64,000 nt of DNA from Bugula neritina (Eukaryota > Animalia > Bryozoa): the NCBI GenBank assembly GCA_964035545.1, contig OZ037772.1, forward strand, positions 11,406,818 through 11,470,817, in the 5' to 3' direction. The notes below the pieces were generated by a model. The model did not search any database. It saw only the letters and a program-made list of their open reading frames with translations, and was not told the DNA's origin. A program made the translations under genes and the position numbers. Positions 58,901 to 64,000 of this stretch are shown piece after piece. How positions within the stretch are numbered: the first letter of the stretch is position 1; each line of letters starts with the position of its first letter.

Positions 58901-61900
58901 TGACTCAGATATGACTCATCAACTCGTGAACTTTATATACTGTAAAACAATATATATTATATAATATCAATATGATGTAATAATATATAATATAACAATA
59001 TAATAACATACATGATATAATAATATATATATAGTGTAATATAATAATATATCTAGTATAATAAGATATATAATATAATATATATAGTATAATAATATCA
59101 TAGCATATATAATATTATGTCATAATAACATATATAATATGATTATATGTATAGTGTGACATCAATATAATCTATAATATGGATAATATAATATGTATTA
59201 TATAAAGAGGATATAATATAGTAATACATATCATACCAATATCTGTGCAAGCTATCGCTCACACATGACTCAAAGCCACAGTGTATGTGAGGTGTAAGTA
59301 CATAACTTACATTCCTGAAACTTACCATAGCGAGTATACCAATCACCAATGCGTACACTGTGTATTACTTACTTGCTGTAGGTAACCCAAGTACTAAGTA
59401 AGTACACAGATATAGTGAGAAGCATTGCCTACATACAATCCAAACCAGAGCTGGACAGAGTTATCGATCAGGAGTCGCAACTCCTCAATAAAACTCTGCT
59501 GAGTAACAGAAGGTGCTACTGCGAGCTTAGCCTTAGGCTCCTCACTGCTGACATCGAGCGGGAGAAGAAGGCCCATGATCTCTTCAACCTCAAGAACTCT
59601 CAGTGGAAGAAACATAAGGCTAGTATCTAATTATTAACAAACTTAAAATACTTACTGATGATGTTGAAGTTTTGTTAAAACTTGGTATACATACAGATTT
59701 TGAAATATTTTTTTTAACTAAGGATTTGTGGGATAGAATCCGTTGGTTTGAAATTGTTTATTTTATCATTTTATGCTCTTTTTCATCTTGGCTCCAAAGT
59801 GATGTTCAAAAGTTTGAACTTTAAAATTTTCTTAACAAATGAGTTTGTCTGCTACTTGTTGTTACTAGCAGTAATCAGTCAGCTGTTACTAGTACTATTC
59901 AGTCAGTTGTTACTAGTAATATTTAGTCAGTTGCTACTAGTAGTAATAGCGCAATCAGTTATTACTAGTAGTATTTACTAGCTGATCAATTTTTAATTTC
60001 TCACATTTGTATGGCAGGTTGCTGAAGCTGTGGAATCATTTAGAAAGTTTATGAGTGACTCATCAGTGACTGATCCTAATGCGATTTCTGTTATAATATC
60101 CAACATGGCTGCCGACCAAAAGTCTGTTCACCAGAAACGCTTAGAGATCCTTGAGACACTGAGGTGAGTATGTAGAGATCATTGAGATAATGAAACACTG
60201 TTTCTAGTTTATTTTAATTTATTGCAATAATAATTGGTTATTTAAAGTCTTGGTGAAATATAGTTGGAACTTGGTTTTAGAACAAGAAATTCATATATTA
60301 AGAGTATTTAAGTTCCTGTCAAGTGCTTCTTTTACAAATGTATTTGGTCTCAGCCTGCATATTGAATAATCTCTAACATGGTTGTAATTTTAGAGATTTC
60401 AAGCCTCCGTCCGCCACCAAGAAATCAGTTTACTCGTGGAATGAACAGATTGAGGAGTTGTCCTCCTTACTCAACGAGGTGAATCAGCGGTACATGCAGC
60501 AAGTCTATTTGGAGTACGAGAAAGTGTGCGAGATGTGCGCACAGAAAGCTACAGAAGTTAGGGTAAATGACAGATATCAATTGTATACTATATCATAATC
60601 TAGAGATCAGTGTATCTATCAGAATGCAATTCTACTGAAGTTTGACCTGAAAAACAAGGTCTAACAGTTGACCTACATAACTTGCTAATCAGGCTGGCTG
60701 TGTTACATATTTTTCAATAAAATCATTGACTGTTTTGTAATTCTGCAATTTTGAATCATCAAAGAGAAGATAACCCCAAGTTACTGTTTTATTCAGGCTG
60801 CTCTGTACAAGTGTGGCGCTGTAGAGGCGAGTGAGGCTGACCAACTGGTAAATGACACTCTCATCCCTATGATTGGCCGACAGCAGAAGCTCTATGAGTC
60901 TACCATGGAGAAAATTGATGTGAGTTTTAGCTTTGGAGTTGCCCGACTACTTTGGGGTTTCTCAATTGCTAGTAACTGCACTTAATGTATAGTTTTATGT
61001 AGGTAATAAAGTGAGGTGTGCATATTTAATAAGCGCTGCTGTTTAGAGTTGTGTATGCAAGAAATGTTTGCCGTTGAAAGTAATTTGTTTATTTGCTGTC
61101 TATTTTGTATTAAAAATTGAAAATATGTGAAAAATAAACAATTCTAAGAATAGTGCTAAGTTTTTCTAACATCCTCAGATACTTTGAGTTGCATTTTACT
61201 GCAGATATTTACTTTGCCTGATTTCTGTTGAGTGTAATCTGCATAACTATATTCTATGAGATGTACTATTTCTTCTACTGTACTTTATGAAGTGTAATCT
61301 GCAAAAACATACAATATTGTGTTACAGAAAGATATTGAGAAGCAGTGTGCAGCAATCAACAAGGAGTTGTCCTTACTATTCAAATATTGTCAGGGTTCCG
61401 CTCACGTGTGGGACGTTCATGAGGTCAGCCTACTTTCTATATAATATTACTTTTAAATTGTGGGTTAATTTGAAGACTAAATTTTATTTTTAGTTTGAAT
61501 TACTTCCTGAACGTTTAAAGTAACTGTGGAGTTGTGCTTTCTTGACCTTGAAATTGACATTTTTACATTCAACTTCTAAATACAATATTATTTTCAGTTA
61601 TAAGTGCTAACTAGTCTGAGTTTTTGTAGGAAGCTGTTCATTTGACCTTGACATGTAGTCACATGTATAGTTTGTGTATGTAGATCGGGCTAGCACAGAC
61701 TGAGCGAGCTCTACAGGAGAAACTAATGATCTCTAGAAGGGATCATGACCTTGAGAATCAACATCGTGAGTCTCAACTCGACATCGTGATGGACAAGATG
61801 AGACAGGATGCCAACGAGATGAACCTGGCCAAGAATTTGAAGAAGGTAAGATTTGACTTCCGGACACCTGGAGATATTATTATACTCGTGTATATTATTA

Positions 61901-63978
61901 TATGATATGTGATATATATTATTATATGGTATGTGATATATATTATTATATGGTATGTGATATATATTATTATATGATATATGAATATGAGTACTATAAT
62001 ATATGCTACATAAACTTTTACTAGACATTATATAGTATATCACTATATAATAAATATGTTACTCTATATTATAATATATTATTTTATTATACTATATACA
62101 GACGCAAACTATGTACATGGCATCTGCCAATTATTAATATGTGGAAAATGAGTAAGATGTTTTCATCGGCTAATTTGTTTATCGTCCTTACAATTTGTTG
62201 ACTCAGCTTCTTCGCAGACGGCATAATGAAGTTACTTCCTGTTTCAGTAATACGTCGGTATTTAGAGAAGTTCTGAATGATTGAAAGGGTGTAAAGTTAC
62301 TCGGTATTGTCCCATGTGTATTATTATATCATTGTGGTTGCAGGTCAAGAAGAGTTTAGATATCATTGTGATTGCAGGTCAAGGAGAGTTTAGACATCAT
62401 TGTGATTGTAGGTCAAGGAGAGTTTAGACATAATCAAGGAGATGTACGAGAGGTTTCACCGAGACCAGCTGGAAGTGGTGCAGACGTATCCCCACATGGT
62501 GAGGGAGGAGCTTGAAGACTTTGATCTCGTCATCCGGACCTACTTTGCCGTGGACAGAGACAAGCCTTCTGCCGACTCACCAGTATGTCTTCTCTACTTA
62601 TTATAGTTTGTCATAAAGAAATTGTCTCCACTCTCTATTATACACAATAGCAGTTATCTCCACATAATTCAATAAACAATAATTAAAGTTGGCTCCACTT
62701 TATATGATATACGATAGGAATCATTTCCACATAATCTAATACATACTAGCAGTTATCGCCACATAATTTACTACACATGAGTGAAATTGTCTCCACTTGA
62801 TAATGTTTGTTAGTGATTTAGTATTTAATGACTGCAGTTTGTGTTTAGTAAATACACATTAGATAATTTCAAACCAAATAAAACCGCTATTCTCTGTGTT
62901 TCATTCAACACCCTCAGCTTGTCCGTTATCGCTGTTTTCTTGTCTCTTAGCACCTCAGACTTCTGCACCATCTTCTTGCATCACTTCCTGTTGCCCAGCG
63001 GAGAAAATGGATTGTGAAACTGAGTTCCCTCTTTCATGTAAATATCCTCAAATCTGTCTTTAGTCAAATGCAACTCGAACACTTATAATGTGAGCATCTT
63101 ACACCCTCAATCTCATTTACTCTCTGCTCGTGTTTAGCTGAGGAACCTACCGCGAAAGCTGATCGGAAGGCGTGTAAAACTGTACAGATCTGAAGCTAAC
63201 TCAAATCAAACATCTAGAACTAACAGCTCACACATGGTATTCACTCACATTTTCACCGTTTCTCATCTAGCCTTGTTATTGCCTGGTAACATCATCAAAC
63301 AGTCATACCTTCTCTAGTCACTGGCTCCTTGTTTAGATTTATCTTATCAAATACTGACTAATCATACGTTGACCTTGCCACACTACTACCTGGCCACACC
63401 ACTATTCGGTCCCAACACTATCTGGTCCTAGCACTAGCTGGTAACACTACTATTTGGTAACAGGGCTTTCTGGTAATACTAATAGCTGATTTTAGTATAA
63501 ATTAAAATGGCCATTTCTTTCTCAATCAAACTTTTGCTGATCATATTTTAGAGCCTCATACCCCAGAACTCAGTCATATTATTGTTTAGCAAGAGTTCTC
63601 ACTTTAGAATATTCTATTAAACACTAAAATTAAAAACTCAGGCTGTGGATGTAGTGCTAACTTATTCAAGTTAGTATATTTCTTATTTTGAATATTCTAA
63701 TTCTATTATAGTTGATGCATTGTTAGAGGCTTTTCAATTTGATTTGTGTCAATTTCCATTTGGTCTGGTGTTAGTCAGATACTTATCTTTCTACAGACCA
63801 CTGAATCACTCGCCAAACCTTCACTCAAACCAAGCGTGGTGGACGAGGAGTCTCTGGCAGACGTGCAGCTCTCTCCGTCCATAACTCCAGAAGCAGACGT
63901 ATCTATTGACGTGACTGCAGCAGACTCTCTAGGAGCAGACGACTCAGCAGTAACAGAAACTGCTGCAGCAGACGAAGA
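55927..63978 (+). CDS. CCDC180: Coiled-coil domain-containing protein 180 (ciliary/flagellar), 5' part; continues past the window
   Basis: Exons 55927-56037, 56188-56406, 56715-56923, 57232-57320, 57808-57917, 58357-58461, 58754-58888, 59382-59618 (GC donor), 60018-60163, 60394-60562, 60797-60919, 61328-61423, 61684-61845, 62412-62582, possibly 62951-63037 and 63138-63236, then 63797-63978. Recalled motifs SGQVYRQLFDAGVQL, EVRDLPD, LNKTLLSNRR, KPPSATK, AHVWDVHE, ESQLDIVMDKMRQ. Confidence 0.85.
61873..61985. repeat. 24-bp AT-rich minisatellite
   Basis: TATATTATTATATGGTATGTGATA units. Confidence 0.8.
62327..62431 (+). repeat. 34-bp tandem triplication of a CCDC180 intron-exon junction
   Basis: ATCATTGTGATTG(C/T)AG|GTCAAGGAGAGTTTAGA x3; acceptor AGs end at 62343, 62377 and 62411. 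Confidence 0.92.
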
Positions 63979-64000
63979 GTGAGTCATGCAAATATGTCTT

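Overview
AT-rich, intron-rich genomic DNA from an invertebrate animal (probably lophotrochozoan; species not determinable from sequence). I assembled exon models by hand from splice sites and reading-frame phase. (1) ODF2/cenexin orthologue, + strand, 17 coding exons, 140-21443, about 840 aa. (2) A 12-exon orphan gene of about 1620 aa nested on the SAME strand inside ODF2 intron 9 (6225-13624), with its own promoter-like motifs, stop and poly(A) signal. (3) A minus-strand caspase locus (39890-22660). It holds an ankyrin-prodomain caspase with an intact His/Cys dyad, then a second caspase-fold domain lacking both catalytic residues, then duplicated Ser/Thr-rich exons and a hydrophobic C-terminal tail. 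An 11-nt microexon would join all of this into one frame-consistent protein of about 878 aa; this joining is inferred and is the best candidate for an undescribed system. (4) Inside that locus: a Naiad-type Penelope-like retroelement (RT + GIY-YIG) with inverted terminal repeats, three hammerhead ribozyme motifs, a non-autonomous hAT element with a perfect 8-bp TSD, SINEs and MITEs. (5) A block of kb-scale tandem duplications (about 39950-44700). (6) NPDC1/CAB-1 orthologue, - strand, 54204-46358, head-to-head with (7) a CCDC180 orthologue, + strand, from 55927 past the window end. Several minisatellites start exactly at exon-intron junctions and duplicate splice sites. Homology calls come from recalled protein motifs, not database searches.
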